Assembly: GCA_002189035.1 (NCBI GenBank)
Contig: NEEC01000352.1
Coordinates: forward strand, 1-34,957
DNA: 34,957 bases
Reading direction: 5' to 3'
DNA from: Utricularia gibba
Taxonomy: Eukaryota; Plantae; Magnoliophyta
Shown here piece by piece: positions 12,501 through 27,200 of this stretch. How positions within the stretch are numbered: the first letter of the stretch is position 1; every line of letters begins with the position of its first letter. Below the pieces are notes generated by a model. That model ran no database searches. It saw nothing but the letters and a program-made list of their open reading frames with translations, and was not told the origin of the DNA. Both the position numbers and the translations under genes were made by a program.

Positions 12501-15500
12501 GGCACAAATGCTCGAAAGATTGCCTTATATTAGCCTTCAGATGTGCAACGAAGTGGCCACCACGTTCGCGAAAATGTGACTCGGGACACCTGACTCGATG
12601 CGAATGTGATTTTTGACATGCAAGACGTATGTATTTCATGGGACGATGTGAAATTTTGATTTCGAGATGATCATTTAAGATGCCATGGGTGTGTCCCTAG
12701 CCACAACCTCATGGTGGCCTCGTGCACTCTTCGGTATCGAGTGGATATCTTGCAAACGGTGATGAGTCATGTTGCACATATCATACCGTTTCGAAGCTCG
12801 TTCCGAGCCGGTCTTCTTTCGTGTTGAGAACTTGTTCGTCCGAGGAGGCACAAATGCTCGAAAGATTGCCTTATATTAGCCTTCAGATGTGCAACGAAGT
12901 GGCCACCACGTTCGCGAAAATGTGACTCGGGACACCTGACTCGATGCGAATGTGATTTTTGACATGCAAAACATATGTATTTCATGTGACGATGTGAAAT
13001 TTCGGATTTCGAGATGATCATTTAAGATGCCATGGGTGTGTCCCTAGCCACAACCTCATGGTGGCCTCGTGCACTCTTCGGTATCGAGTGGATATCTTGC
13101 AAACGGTGATGAGAGTCATGTTGCACATATCATACCGTTTCGAAGCTCGTTCCGAGCCGGTCTTTCTTTCGTGTTGAGAACTTGTTCGTCCGAGGAGGCA
13201 CAAATGCTCGAAAGATTGCCTTATATTAGCCTTCAGATGTGCAACGAAGTGGCCACCACGTTCGAATGTGACTCGGGACACCTGACTCGATGCGAATGTG
13301 ATTTTGACATGCAAGACGTATGTATTTCATGGGACGATGTGAAATTTTGATTTCGAGATGATCATTTAAGATGCATGGTGTGTCCCTAGCCACAACCTCA
13401 TGGTGGCCTCGTGCACTCTTCGGTATCGAGTGGATATCTTGCAAATGGTGATGAGTCATGTTGCACATATCATACCGTTTTCGAAGCTCGTTCCGAGCCG
13501 GTCTTCTTTCGTGTTGAGAACTTGTTCGTCCGAGGAGGCACAAATGCTCGAAAGATTGCCTTATATTAGCTTCAGATGTGCAACGAAGTGGCCACCACGT
13601 TCGCGAAAATGTGACTCGGACACCTGACTCGATGCGAATGTGATTTTTGACATGCAAAACATATGTATTTCATGTGACGATGTGAAATTTCGGATTTCGA
13701 GATGATCATTTAAGATGCCATGGGTGTGTCTAGCCACAACCTCATGGTGGCCTCGTGCACTCTTCGGTATCGAGTGGATATCTTGCAAACGGTGATGAGT
13801 CATGTTGCACATAGCATACCGTTTCGAAGCTCGTTCCGAGCCGTCTTCTTTCGTGTTGAGAACTTGTTCGTCCGAGGAGCACAAATGCTCGAAAGATTGC
13901 CTTATATTAGCCTTCAGATGTGCAACGAAGTGGCCACCACGTTCGCGAAAATGTGACTCGGGACACCTGACTCGATGCGAATGTGATTTTTGACATGCAA
14001 AACATATGTATTTCATGGACGATGTGAAATTTGGATTTCGAGATGATCATTTAAGATGCCATGGTGTGTCCCTAGCCACAACCTCATGGTGGCCTCGTGC
14101 ACTCTTCGGTATCGAGTGGATATCTTGCAAACGGTGATGAGTCATGTTGCACATATCATACCGTTTCGAAGCTCGTTCCGAGCCGGTCTTCTTTCGTGTT
14201 GAGAACTTGTTCGTCCGAGGAGGCACAAATGCTCGAAAGATTGCCTTATATTAGCCTTCAGATGTGCAACGAAGTGGCCACCACGTTCGCGAAATGTGAC
14301 TCGGGACACCTGACTCGATGCGAATGTGATTTTCGATGCAAGACATATGTATTTCATGGACGATGTGAAATTTTGGATTTCGAGATGATCATTTAAGATG
14401 CCATGGGGTGTCCCTAGCCACAACCTCATGGTGGCCTCGTGCACTCTTCGGTATCGAGTGGATATCTTGCAAACGGTGATGAGTCATGTTGCACATATCA
14501 TACCGTTTCGAAGCTCGTTCCGAGCCGGTCTTCTTTCGTGTTGAGAACTTGTTCGTCCGAGGAGGCACAAATGCTCGAAAGATTGCCTTATATTAGCCTT
14601 CAGATGTGCAACGAAGTGGCCACCACATTCGCGAAAATGTGACTCGGGACACCTGACTCGATGCGAATGTGATTTTTGACATGCAACGTATGTATTTCAT
14701 GGACGATGTGAAATTTGATTTCGAGATGATCATTTAAGATGCCATGGGTGTGTCCCTAGCCACAACCTCATGGTGGCCTCGTGCACTCTTCGGTATCGAG
14801 TGGATATCTTGCAAACGGTGATGAGTCATGTTGCACATATCATACCGTTTCGAAGCTCGTTCCGAGCCGGTCTTCTTTCGTGTTGAGAACTTGTTCGTCC
14901 GAGGAGGCACAAATGCTCGAAAGATTGCCTTATATTAGCCTTCAGATGTGCAACGAAGTGGCCACCACGTTCGCGAAAATGTGACTCGGAACACCTGACT
15001 CGATGCGAATGTGATTTTTGACATGCAAAACATATGTATTTCATGTGACGATGTGAAAATTTCGGATTTCGAGATGATCATTTAAGATGCCATGGGTGTG
15101 TTAGCCACAACCTCATGGTGGCCTCGTGCACTCTTCGGTATCGAGTGGATATCTTGCAAACGGTGATGAGTCATGTTGCACATATCATACCGTTTCGAAG
15201 CTCGTTCCGAGCCGGTCTTCTTTCGTGTTGAGAACTTGTTCGTCCGAGGAGGCACAAATGCTCGAAAGATTGCCTTATATTAGCCTTCAGATGTGCAACG
15301 AAGTGGCCACCACATTCGCGAAATGTGACTCGGGACACCTGACTCGATGCGAATGTGATTTTTGACATGCAAGACATATGTATTTCATGGGACGATGTGA
15401 AATTTTGATTTCGAGATGATCATTTAAGATGCCATGGGTGTGTCCCTAGCCACAACCTCATGGTGGCCTCGTGCACTCTTCGGTATCGAGTGGATATCTT

Positions 15501-18500
15501 GCAAACGGTGATGAGTCATGTTGCACATATCATACCGTTTCGAAGCTCGTTCCGAGCCGGTCTTCTTTCGTGTTGAGAACTTGTTCGTCCGAGGAGGCAC
15601 AAATGCTCGAAAGATTGCCTTATATTAGCCTTCAGATGTGCAACGAAGTGGCCACCACGTTCGCGAAAATGTGACTCGGGACACCTGACTCGATGCGAAT
15701 GTGATTTTTGACATGCAAAACATATGTATTTCATGTGACGATGTGAAAATTTCGGATTTCGAGATGATCATTTAAGATGCCATGGTGTGTCCCTAGCCAC
15801 AACCTCATGGTGGCCTCGTGCACTCTTCGGTATCGAGTGGATATCTTGCAAACGGTGATGAGTCATGTTGCACATAGCATACCGTTTCGAAGCTCGTTCC
15901 GAGCCGGTCTTCTTTCGTGTTGAGAACTTGTTCGTCCGAGGAGGCACAAATGCTCGAAAGATTGCCTTATATTAGCCTTCAGATGTGCAACGAAGTGGCC
16001 ACCACGTTCGCGAAAATGTGACTCGGGACACCTGACTCGATGCGAATGTGATTTTTGACATGCAAGACGTATGTATTTCATGGGACGATGTGAAATTTTG
16101 ATTTCGAGATGATCATTTAAGATGCCATGGTGTGTCCCTAGCCACAACCTCATGGTGGCCGTGCACTCTTCGGTATCGAGTGGATATCTTGCAAATGGTG
16201 ATGAGTCATGTTGCACAGCATACCGTTTCGAAGCTCGTTCCGAGCCGGTCTTCTTTCGTGTTGAGAACTTGTTCGTCCGAGGAGGCACAAATGCTCGAAA
16301 GATTGCCTTATATTAGCCTTCAGATGTGCAACGAAGTGGCCACCACGTTCGCGAAAATGTGACTCGGGACACCTGACTCGATGCGAATGTGATTTTTGAC
16401 ATGCAACATATGTATTTCATGGACGATGTGAAATTTCGATTTCGAGATGATCATTTAAGATGCCATGGGTGTGTCTAGCCACAACCTCATGGTGGCCTCG
16501 TGCACTCTTCGGTATCGAGTGGATATCTTGCAAACGGTGATGAGTCATGTTGCACATATCATACCGTTTCGAAGCTCGTTCCGAGCCGTCTTCTTTCGTG
16601 TTGAGAACTTGTTCGTCCGAGGAGCACAAATGCTCGAAAGATTGCCTTATTAGCCTTCAGATGTGCAACGAAGTGGCCACCACGTCGCGAAAATGTGACT
16701 CGGGACACCTGACTCGATGCGAATGTGATTTTTGACATGCAAAACATATGTATTTCATGGACGATGTGAAATTTCGGATTTCGAGATGATCATTTAAGAT
16801 GCCATGGTGTGTCCCTAGCCACAACCTCATGGTGGCCTCGTGCACTCTTCGGTATCGAGTGGATATCTTGCAAACGGTGATGAGTCATGTTGCACATATC
16901 ATACCGTTTCGAAGCTCGTTCCTCTCTTTCGTGTTGAGAACTTGTTCGTCCGAGGAGGCACAAATGCTCGAAAGATTGCCTTATATTAGCCTTCAGATGT
17001 GCAACGAAGTGGCCACCACGTTCGCGAAAATGTGACTCGGGACACCTGACTCGATGCGAATGTGATTTTTGACATGCAAACATATGTATTTCATGTGACG
17101 ATGTGAAATTTCGGATTTCGAGATGATCATTTAAGATGCCATGGGTGTGTCCTAGCCACAACCTCATGGTGGCCTCGTGCACTCTTCGGTATCGAGTGGA
17201 TATCTTGCAAACGGTGATGAGTCATGTTGCACATATCATACCGTTTCGAAGCTCGTTCCGAGCCGGTCTTCTTTCGTGTTGAGAACTTGTTCGTCCGAGG
17301 AGGCACAAATGCTCGAAAGATTGCCTTATATTAGCCTTCAGATGTGCAACGAAGTGGCCACCACGTTCGCGAAAATGTGACTCGGGACCTGACTCGATGC
17401 GAATGTGATTTTTGACATGCAAACATATGTATTTCATGGACGATGTGAAATTTGATTTCGAGATGATCATTTAAGATGCCATGGTGTGTCCCTAGCCACA
17501 ACCTCATGGTGGCCTCGTGCACTCTTCGGTATCGAGTGGATATCTTGCAAACGGTGATGAGTCATGTTGCACATATCATACCGTTTCGAAGCTCGTTCCG
17601 AGCCGTCTTTCTTCGTGTTGAGAACTTGTTCGTCCGAGGAGGCACAAATGCTCGAAAGATTGCCTTATATTAGCCTTCAGATGTGCAACGAAGTGGCCAC
17701 CACGTTCGCGAAATGTGACTCGGGACACCTGACTCGATGCGAATGTGATTTTTGACATGCAAGACATATGTATTTCATGGACGATGTGAAATTTCGGATT
17801 TCGAGATGATCATTTAAGATGCCATGGGTGTGTCCCTAGCCACAACCTCATGGTGGCCTCGTGCACTCTTCGGTATCGAGTGGATATCTTGCAAACGGTG
17901 ATGAGTCATGTTGCACATATCATACCGTTTCGAAGCTCGTTCCGAGCCGGTCTTCTTTCGTGTTGAGAACTTGTTCGTCCGAGGAGGCACAAATGCTCGA
18001 AAGATTGCCTTATATTAGCCTTCAGATGTGCAACGAAGTGGCCACCACGTCGCGAAAATGTGACTCGGGACACCTGACTCGATGCGAATGTGATTTTTGA
18101 CATGCAAGACGTATGTATTTCATGGGACGATGTGAAATTTTGGATTTCGAGATGATCATTTAAGATGCCATGGGTGTGTGGCTAGCCACAACCTCATGGT
18201 GGCCTCGTGCACTCTTCGGTATCGAGTGGATATCTTGCAAACGGTGATGAGTCATGTTGCACATATCATACCGTTTCGAAGCTCGTTCCGAGCCGGTCTT
18301 CTTTCGTGTTGAGAACTTTTCGTCCGAGGAGGCACAAATGCTCGAAAGATTGCCTTATATTAGCCTTCAGATGTGCAACGAAGTGGCCACCACGTTCGCG
18401 AAAATGTGACTCGGGACACCTGACTCGATGCGAATGTGATTTTTCATGCAAGACGTATGTATTTCATGGACGATGTGAAATTTTGATTTCGAGATGATCA

Positions 18501-21210
18501 TTTAAGATGCCATGGGTGTGTCCCTAGCCACAACCTCATGGTGGCCTCGTGCACTCTTCGGTATCGAGTGGATATCTTGCAAACGGTGATGAGTCATGTT
18601 GCACATATCATACCGTTTCGAAGCTCGTTCCGAGCCGGTCTTCTTTTCGTGTTGAGAACTTGTTCGTCCGAGGAGGCACAAATGCTCGAAAGATTGCCTT
18701 ATATTAGCCTTCAGATGTGCAACGAAGTGGCCACCACGTTCGCGAAAATGTGACTCGGGACACCTGACTCGATGCGAATGTGATTTTTCACATGCACATA
18801 TGTATTTCATGGACGATGTGAAAATTTCGGATTTCGAGATGATCATTTAAGATGCCATGGGTGTGTCCCTAGCCACAACCTCATGGTGGCCTCGTGCACT
18901 CTTCGGTATCGAGTGGATATCTTGCAAACGGTGATGAGTCATGTTGCACATATCATACCGTTTCGAAGCTCGTTCCGAGCCGGTCTTCTTTCGTGTTGAG
19001 AACTTGTTCGTCCGAGGAGGCACAAATGCTCGAAAGATTGCCTTATATTAGCCTTCAGATGTGCAACGAAGTGGCCACCACATTCGCGAAAATGTGACTC
19101 GGACACCTGACTCGATGCGAATGTGATTTTCGACATGCAAACGTATGTATTTCATGGGACGATGTGAAATTTGATTTCGAGATGATCATTTAAGATGCCA
19201 TGGTGTGTCCCTAGCCACAACCTCATGGTGGCCTCGTGCACTCTTCGGTATCGAGTGGATATCTTGCAAACGGTGATGAGTCATTTGCACATATCATACC
19301 GTTTCGAAGCTCGTTCCGAGCCGGTCTTCTTTCGTGTTGAGAACTTGTTCGTCCGAGGAGGCACAAATGCTCGAAAGATTGCCTTATATTAGCCTTCAGA
19401 TGTGCAACGAAGTGGCCACCACGTTCGCGAAAATGTGACTCGGGACACCTGACTCGATGCGAATGTGATTTTTGACATGCAAAACATATGTATTTCATGT
19501 GACGATGTGAAATTTGGATTTCGAGATGATCATTTAAGATGCCATGGGTGTGTCTAGCCACAACCTCATGGTGGCCTCGTGCACTCTTCGGTATCGAGTG
19601 GATATCTTGCAAATGGTGATGAGTCATGTTGCACATATCATACCGTTTCGAAGCTCGTTCCGAGCCGGTCTTCTTTCGTGTTGAGAATTGTTCGTCCGAG
19701 GAGGCACAAATGCTCGAAAGATTGCCTTATATTAGCCTTCAGATGTGCAACGAAGTGGCCTTCGCGAAATGTGACTCGGGACACCTGACTCGATGCGAAT
19801 GTGATTTTTGACATGCAAGACATATGTATTTCATGGACGATGTGAAATTTAGATTTCGAGATGATCATTTAAGATGCCATGGTGTGTCCCTAGCCACAAC
19901 CTCATGGTGGCCTCGTGCACTCTTCGGTATCGAGTGGATATCTTGCAAATGGTGATGAGTCATGTTGCACATAGCATACCGTTTCGAAGCTCGTTCCGAG
20001 CCGGTCTTCTTTCGTGTTGAGAACTTGTTCGTCCGAGGAGGCACAAATGCTCGAAAGATTGCCTTATATTAGCCTTCAGATGTGCAACGAAGTGGCCACC
20101 ACGTTCGCGAAAATGTGACTCGGGACACCTGACTCGATGCGAATGTGATTTTTGACATGCAAACATATGTATTTCATGGACGATGTGAAATTTCGATTTC
20201 GAGATGATCATTTAAGATGCCATGGGTGTGTCCCTAGCCACAACCTCATGGTGGCCTCGTGCACTCTTCGGTATCGAGTGGATATCTTGCAAACGGTGAT
20301 GAGTCATGTTGCACATAGCATACCGTTTCGAAGCTCGTTCCGAGCCGGTCTTCTTTCGTGTTGAGAACTTGTTCGTCCGAGGAGCACAAATGCTCGAAAG
20401 ATTGCCTTATATTAGCCTTCAGATGTGCAACGAAGTGGCCACCACGTTCGCGAAAATGTGACTCGGGACACCTGACTCGATGCGAATGTGATTTTTGACA
20501 TGCAAAACATATGTATTTCATGTGACGATGTGAAATTTCGGATTTCGAGATGATCATTTAAGATGCCATGGTGTGTCCCTAGCCACAACCTCATGGTGGC
20601 CTCGTGCACTCTTCGGTATCGAGTGGATATCTTGCAAACGGTGATGAGTCATGTTGCACATAGCATACCGTTTCGAAGCTCGTTCCGAGTCTTTTTCGTG
20701 TTGAGAACTTGTTCGTCCGAGGAGGCACAAATGCTCGAAAGATTGCCTTATATTAGCCTTCAGATGTGCAACGAAGTGGCCACCACGTTCGCGAAAATGT
20801 GACTCGGAACACCTGACTCGATGCGAATGTGATTTTTGACATGCAAAACATATGTATTTCATGGACGATGTGAAATTTGATTTCGAGATGATCATTTAAG
20901 ATGCCATGGGTGTGTGGCTAGCCACAACCTCATGGTGGCCTCGTGCACTCTTCGGTATCGAGTGGATATCTTGCAAACGGTGATGAGTCATGTTGCACAT
21001 ATCATACCGTTTCGAAGCTCGTTCCGAGCCGGTCTTCTTTCGTGTTGAGAACTTGTTCGTCCGAGGAGGCACAAATGCTCGAAAGATTGCCTTATATTAG
21101 CCTTCAGATGTGCAACGAAGTGGCCACCACGTTCGCGAAAATGTGACTCGGAAACCTGACTCGATGCGAATGTGATTTTTGACATGCAAAACGTATGTAT
21201 TTCATGTGAC

Positions 21211-21230
21211 GATGTGAAATCTTGCAAACG
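21211..21230 (+). other. Junction of a ~95-bp deletion spanning a monomer boundary
   Basis: GATGTGAAAT is joined directly to CTTGCAAACG. The missing consensus TTCGGATTTC...GAGTGGATAT is 95 bp. Flanking anchors at 20890 and 21486 are 596 bp apart rather than ~692. Confidence 0.85.
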
Positions 21231-24200
21231 GTGATGAGTCATGTTGCACATATCATACGTTTCGAAGCTCGTTCCGAGCCGGTCTTCTTTCGTGTTGAGA
21301 ACTTGTTCGTCCGAGGAGGCACAAATGCTCGAAAGATTGCCTTATATTAGCCTTCAGATGTGCAACGAAGTGGCCACCACGTTCGCGAAAATGTGACTCG
21401 GGACACCTGACTCGATGCGAATGTGATTTTTGACATGCAAAACATATGTATTTCATGGACGATGTGAAATTTCGGATTTCGAGATGATCATTTAAGATGC
21501 CATGGGTGTGTCCTAGCCACAACCTCATGGTGGCTCGTGCACTCTTCGGTATCGAGTGGATATCTTGCAAACGGTGATGAGTCATGTTGCACATATCATA
21601 CCGTTTCGAAGCTCGTTCCGAGCCGGTCTTCTTTCGTGTTGAGAACTTGTTCGTCCGAGGAGGCACAAATGCTCGAAAGATTGCCTTATATTAGCCTTCA
21701 GATGTGCAACGAAGTGGCCACCACGTTCGCGAAAATGTGACTCGGGACACCTGACTCGATGCGAATGTGATTTTTGACATGCAAAACATATGTATTTCAT
21801 GGACGATGTGAATTTTTCGGATTTCGAGATGATCATTTAAGATGCCATCGGTGTGTCCCTAGCCACAACCTCATGGTGGCCTCGTGCACTCTTCGGTATC
21901 GAGTGGATATCTTGCAAACGGTGATGAGTCATGTTGCACATCATACCGTTTCGAAGCTCGTTCCGAGCCGGTCTTTTTTCGTGTTGAGAACTTGTTCGTC
22001 CGAGGAGGCACAAATGCTCGAAAGATTGCCTTATATTAGCCTTCAGATGTGCAACGAAGTGGCCACCACGTTCGCGAAAATGTGACTCGGGACACCTGAC
22101 TCGATGCGAATGTGATTTTTGACATGCAAAACATATGTATTTCATGGACGATGTGAAATTTCGGATTTCGAGATGATCATTTAAGATGCCATGGGTGTGT
22201 GGCTAGCCACAACCTCATGGTGGCCTCGTGCACTCTTCGGTATCGAGTGGATATCTTGCAAACGGTGATGAGTCATGTTGCACATATCATACCGTTTCGA
22301 AAGCTCGTTCCGAGCCGGTCTTTTTTCGTGTGAGAACTTGTTCGTCCGAGGAGGCAAATGCTCGAAAGATTGCCTTATATTAGCCTTCAGATGTGCAACG
22401 AAGTGGCCACCACGTTCGCGAAAATGTGACTCGGGACACCTGACTCGATGCGAATGTGATTTTTGACATGCAAACATATGTATTTCATGGGACGATGTGA
22501 AATTTCGGATTTCGAGATGATCATTTAAGATGCCATCGGTGTGTCCCTAGCCACAACCTCATGGTGGCCTCGTGCACTCTTCGGTATCGAGTGGATATCT
22601 TGCAAACGGTGATGAGTCATGTTGCACATAGCGTTTCCGAGCCGGTCTTCTTTCGTGTTGAGAACTTGTTCGTCCGAGGAGGCACAAATGCTCGAAAGAT
22701 TGCCTTATATTAGCCTTCAGATGTGCAACGAAGTGGCCACCACGTTCGCGAAAATGTGACTCGGGACACCTGACTCGATGCGAATGTGATTTTGACATGC
22801 AAAACATATGTATTTCATGGGACGATGTGAAATTTGGATTTCGAGATGATCATTTAAGATGCCAGGTGTGTCCCTAGCCACAACCTCATGGTGGCCTCGT
22901 GCACTCTTCGGTATCGAGTGGATATCTTGCAAACGGTGATGAGTCATGTTGCACATATCATACCGTTTCGAAGCTCGTTCCGAGCCGGTCTTCTTTTCGT
23001 TTGAGAACTTGTTCGTCCGAGGAGGCACAAATGCTCGAAAGATTGCCTTATATTAGCCTTCAGATGTGCAACGAAGTGGCCACCACGTTCGCGAAAATGT
23101 GACTCGGGACACCTGACTCGATGCGAATGTGATTTTTGACATGCAAACATATGTATTTCATGGGACGATGTGAAATTTTCGGATTTCGAGATGATCATTT
23201 AAGATGCCATGGTGTGTCCCTAGCCACAACCTCATGGTGGCCTCGTGCACTCTTCGGTATCGAGTGGATATCTTGCAAATGGTGATGAGTCATGTTGCAA
23301 TATCATACCGTTTCGAAGCTCGTTCCGAGCCGGTCTTCTTTCGTGTTGAGAACTTGTTCGTCCGAGGAGGCACAAATGCTCGAAAGATTGCCTTATATTA
23401 GCCTTCAGATGTGCAACGAAGTGGCCACCACGTTCGCGAAAATGTGACTCGGGACACCTGACTCGATGCGAATGTGATTTTTGACATGCAAAACATATGT
23501 ATTTCATGGACGATGTGAAATTTCGGATTTCGAGATGATCATTTAAGATGCCAGGGTGTGTCCCTAGCCACAACTCATGGTGGCCTCGTGCACTCTTCGG
23601 TATCGAGTGGATATCTTGCAAACGGTGATGAGTCATGTTGCACATATCATACCGTTTCGAAGCTCGTTCCGAGCCGGTCTTCTTTCGTGTTGAGAACTTG
23701 TTCGTCCGAGGCTGCACAAATGCTCGAAAGATTGCCTTATATTAGCCTTCAGATGTGCAACGAAGTGGCCACCACGTTCGCGAAAATGTGACTCGGGACA
23801 CCTGACTCGATGCGAATGTGATTTTTGACATGCAAAACATATGTATTTCATGGACGATGTGAAATTTCGGATTTCGAGATGATCATTTAAGATGCCATCG
23901 GTGTGTCCCTAGCCACAACCTCATGGTGGCCTCGTGCACTCTTCGGTATCGAGTGGATATCTTGCAAACGGTGATGAGTCATGTTGCACATATCATACCG
24001 TTTCGAAGCTCGTTCCGAGCCGGTCTTCTTTCGTGTTGAGAACTTGTTCGTCCGAGGAGGCACAAATGCTCGAAAGATTGCCTTATATTAGCCTTCAGAT
24101 GTGCAACGAAGTGGCCACCACGTTCGCGAAAATGTGACTCGGGACACCTGACTCGATGCGAATGTGATTTTTGACATGCAAAACATATGTATTTCATGGA

Positions 24201-27200
24201 CGATGTGAAATTTCGGATTTCGAGATGATCATTTAAGATGGGGTGTGTCCCTAGCCACAACTCATGGTGGCCTCGTGCACTCTTCGGTATCGAGTGGATA
24301 TCTTGCAAACGGTGATGAGTCATGTTGCACATATCATACCGTTTCGAAGCTCGTTCCGAGCCGGTCTTTTTCGTGTTGAGAACTTGTTCGTCCGAGGCTG
24401 CACAAATGCTCGAAAGATTGCCTTATATTAGCCTTCAGATGTGCAACGAAGTGGCCACCACGTTCGCGAAAATGTGACTCGGGACACCTGACTCGATGCG
24501 AATGTGATTTTTGACATGCAAAACATATGTATTTCATGGACGATGTGAAATTTCGGATTTCGAGATGATCATTTAAGATGGGTGTGTCCCTAGCCACAAC
24601 CTCATGGTGGCCTCGTGCACTCTTCGGTATCGAGTGGATATCTTGCAAACGGTGATGAGTCATGTTGCACATATCATACCGTTTCGAAGCTCGTTCCGAG
24701 CCGGTCTTCTTTCGTGTTGAGAACTTGTTCGTCCGAGGAGGCACAAATGCTCGAAAGATTGCCTTATATTAGCCTTCAGATGTGCAACGAAGTGGCCACC
24801 ACGTTCGCGAAAATGTGACTCGGGACACCTGACTCGATGCGAATGTGATTTTTGACATGCAAAACATATGTATTTCATGGACGATGTGAAATTTGGATTT
24901 CGAGATGATCATTTAAGATGCCATGGGTGTGTCCCTAGCCCACCTCATGGTGGCCTCGTGCACTCTTCGGTATCGAGTGGATATCTTGCAAACGGTGATG
25001 AGTCATGTTGCACATATCATACCGTTTCGAAGCTCGTTCCGAGCCGGTCTTCTTTCGTGTTGAGAACTTGTTCGTCCGAGGCTGCACAAATGCTCGAAAG
25101 ATTGCCTTATATTAGCCTTCAGATGTGCAACGAAGTGGCCACCACGTTCGCGAAAATGTGACTCGGGACACCTGACTCGATGCGAATGTGATTTTTGACA
25201 TGCAAAACATATGTATTTCATGGACGATGTGAAATTTCGGATTTCGAGATGATCATTTAAGATGGGTGTCCTAGCCACAACCTCATGGTGGCCTCGTGCA
25301 CTCTTCGTATCGAGTGGATATCTTGCAAAACGGTGATGAGTCATGTTGCACATATCATACCGTTTCGAAGCTCGTTCCGAGCCGGTCTTCTTTCGTGTGA
25401 GAACTTGTTCGTCCGAGGAGGCACAAATGCTCGAAAGATTGCCTTATATTAGCCTTCAGATGTGCAACGAAGTGGCCACCACGTTCGCGAAAATGTGACT
25501 CGGGACACCTGACTCGATGCGAATGTGATTTTTGACATGCAAAACATATGTATTTCATGGACGATGTGAAATTTCGGATTTCGAGATGATCATTTAAGAT
25601 GCCAGGGTGTGTCCCTAGCCACAACTCATGGTGGCCTCGTGCACTCTTCGGTATCGAGTGGATATCTTGCAAACGGTGATGAGTCATGTTGCACATATCA
25701 TACCGTTTCGAAGCTCGTTCCGAGCCGGTCTTTTTTTCGTGTTGAGAACTTGTTCGTCCGAGGAGGCACAAATGCTCGAAAGATTGCCTTATATTAGCCT
25801 TCAGATGTGCAACGAAGTGGCCACCACGTTCGCGAAAATGTGACTCGGGACACCTGACTCGATGCGAATGTGATTTTTGACATGCAAACATATGTATTTC
25901 ATGGACGATGTGAAATTTGGATTTCGAGATGATCATTTAAGATGGGGTGTGTCCCTAGCCACAACTCATGGTGGCCTCGTGCACTCTTCGGTATCGAGGA
26001 TATCTTGCAAACGGTGATGAGTCATGTTGCACATATCATACCGTTTCGAAGCTCGTTCCGAGCCGGTCTTTTTTCGTGTGAGAACTTGTTCGTCCGAGAG
26101 GCACAAATGCTCGAAAGATTGCCTTATATTAGCCTTCAGATGTGCAACGAAGTGGCCACCACGTTCGCGAAAATGTGACTCGGGACACCTGACTCGATGC
26201 GAATGTGATTTTTGACATGCAAAACATATGTATTTCATGGACGATGTGAAATTTCGGATTTCGAGATGATCATTTAAGATGCCATCGGTGTGTGGCTAGC
26301 CACAACCTCATGGTGGCCTCGTGCACTCTTCGGTATCGAGTGGATATCTTGCAAACGGTGATGAGTCATGTTGCACATATCATACCGTTTCGAAGCTCGT
26401 TCCGAGCCGGTCTTTTTTTCGTGTTGAGAACTTGTTCGTCCGAGGGCACAAATGCTCGAAAGATTGCCTTATATTAGCCTTCAGATGTGCAACGAAGTGG
26501 CCACCACGTTCGCGAAAATGTGACTCGGGACACCTGACTCGATGCGAATGTGATTTTTGACATGCAAACATATGTATTTCATGGACGATGTGAAATTTCG
26601 GATTTCGAGATGATCATTTAAGATGGGTGTGTGGCTAGCCACAACCTCATGGTGGCCTCGTGCACTCTTCGGTATCGAGTGGATATCTTGCAAATGGTGA
26701 TGAGTCATGTTGCACATAGCATACCGTTTCGAAGCTCGTTCCGAGCCGGTCTTCTTTCGTGTTGAGAACTTGTTCGTCCGAGGCTGCACAAATGCTCGAA
26801 AGATTGCCTTATATTAGCCTTCAGATGTGCAACGAAGTGGCCACCACGTTCGCGAAAATGTGACTCGGGACACCTGACTCGATGCGAATGTGATTTTTGA
26901 CATGCAAACATATGTATTTCATGGACGATGTGAAATTTTGGATTTCGAGATGATCATTTAAGATGCCATGGTGTGTCCCTAGCCACAACTCATGGTGGCC
27001 TCGTGCACTCTTCGGTATCGAGTGGATATCTTGCAAACGGTGATGAGTCATGTTGCACATATCATACCGTTTCGAAGCTCGTTCCGAGCCGGTCTTTTTC
27101 GTGTTGAGAACTTGTTCGTCCGAGGAGGCACAAATGCTCGAAAGATTGCCTTATATTAGCCTTCAGATGTGCAACGAAGTGGCCACCACGTTCGCGAAAA

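Larger units (their letters stand above)
7801..21220. repeat. Variant domain II, containing alternating X/Y monomers
   Basis: All 11 CATGTGAC copies lie between 9547 and 21207. TTTCGG first appears at ~7841 and GCAAA(A)CAT at ~8140. The ACGTATG variant is last seen at 21193. Confidence 0.7.
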
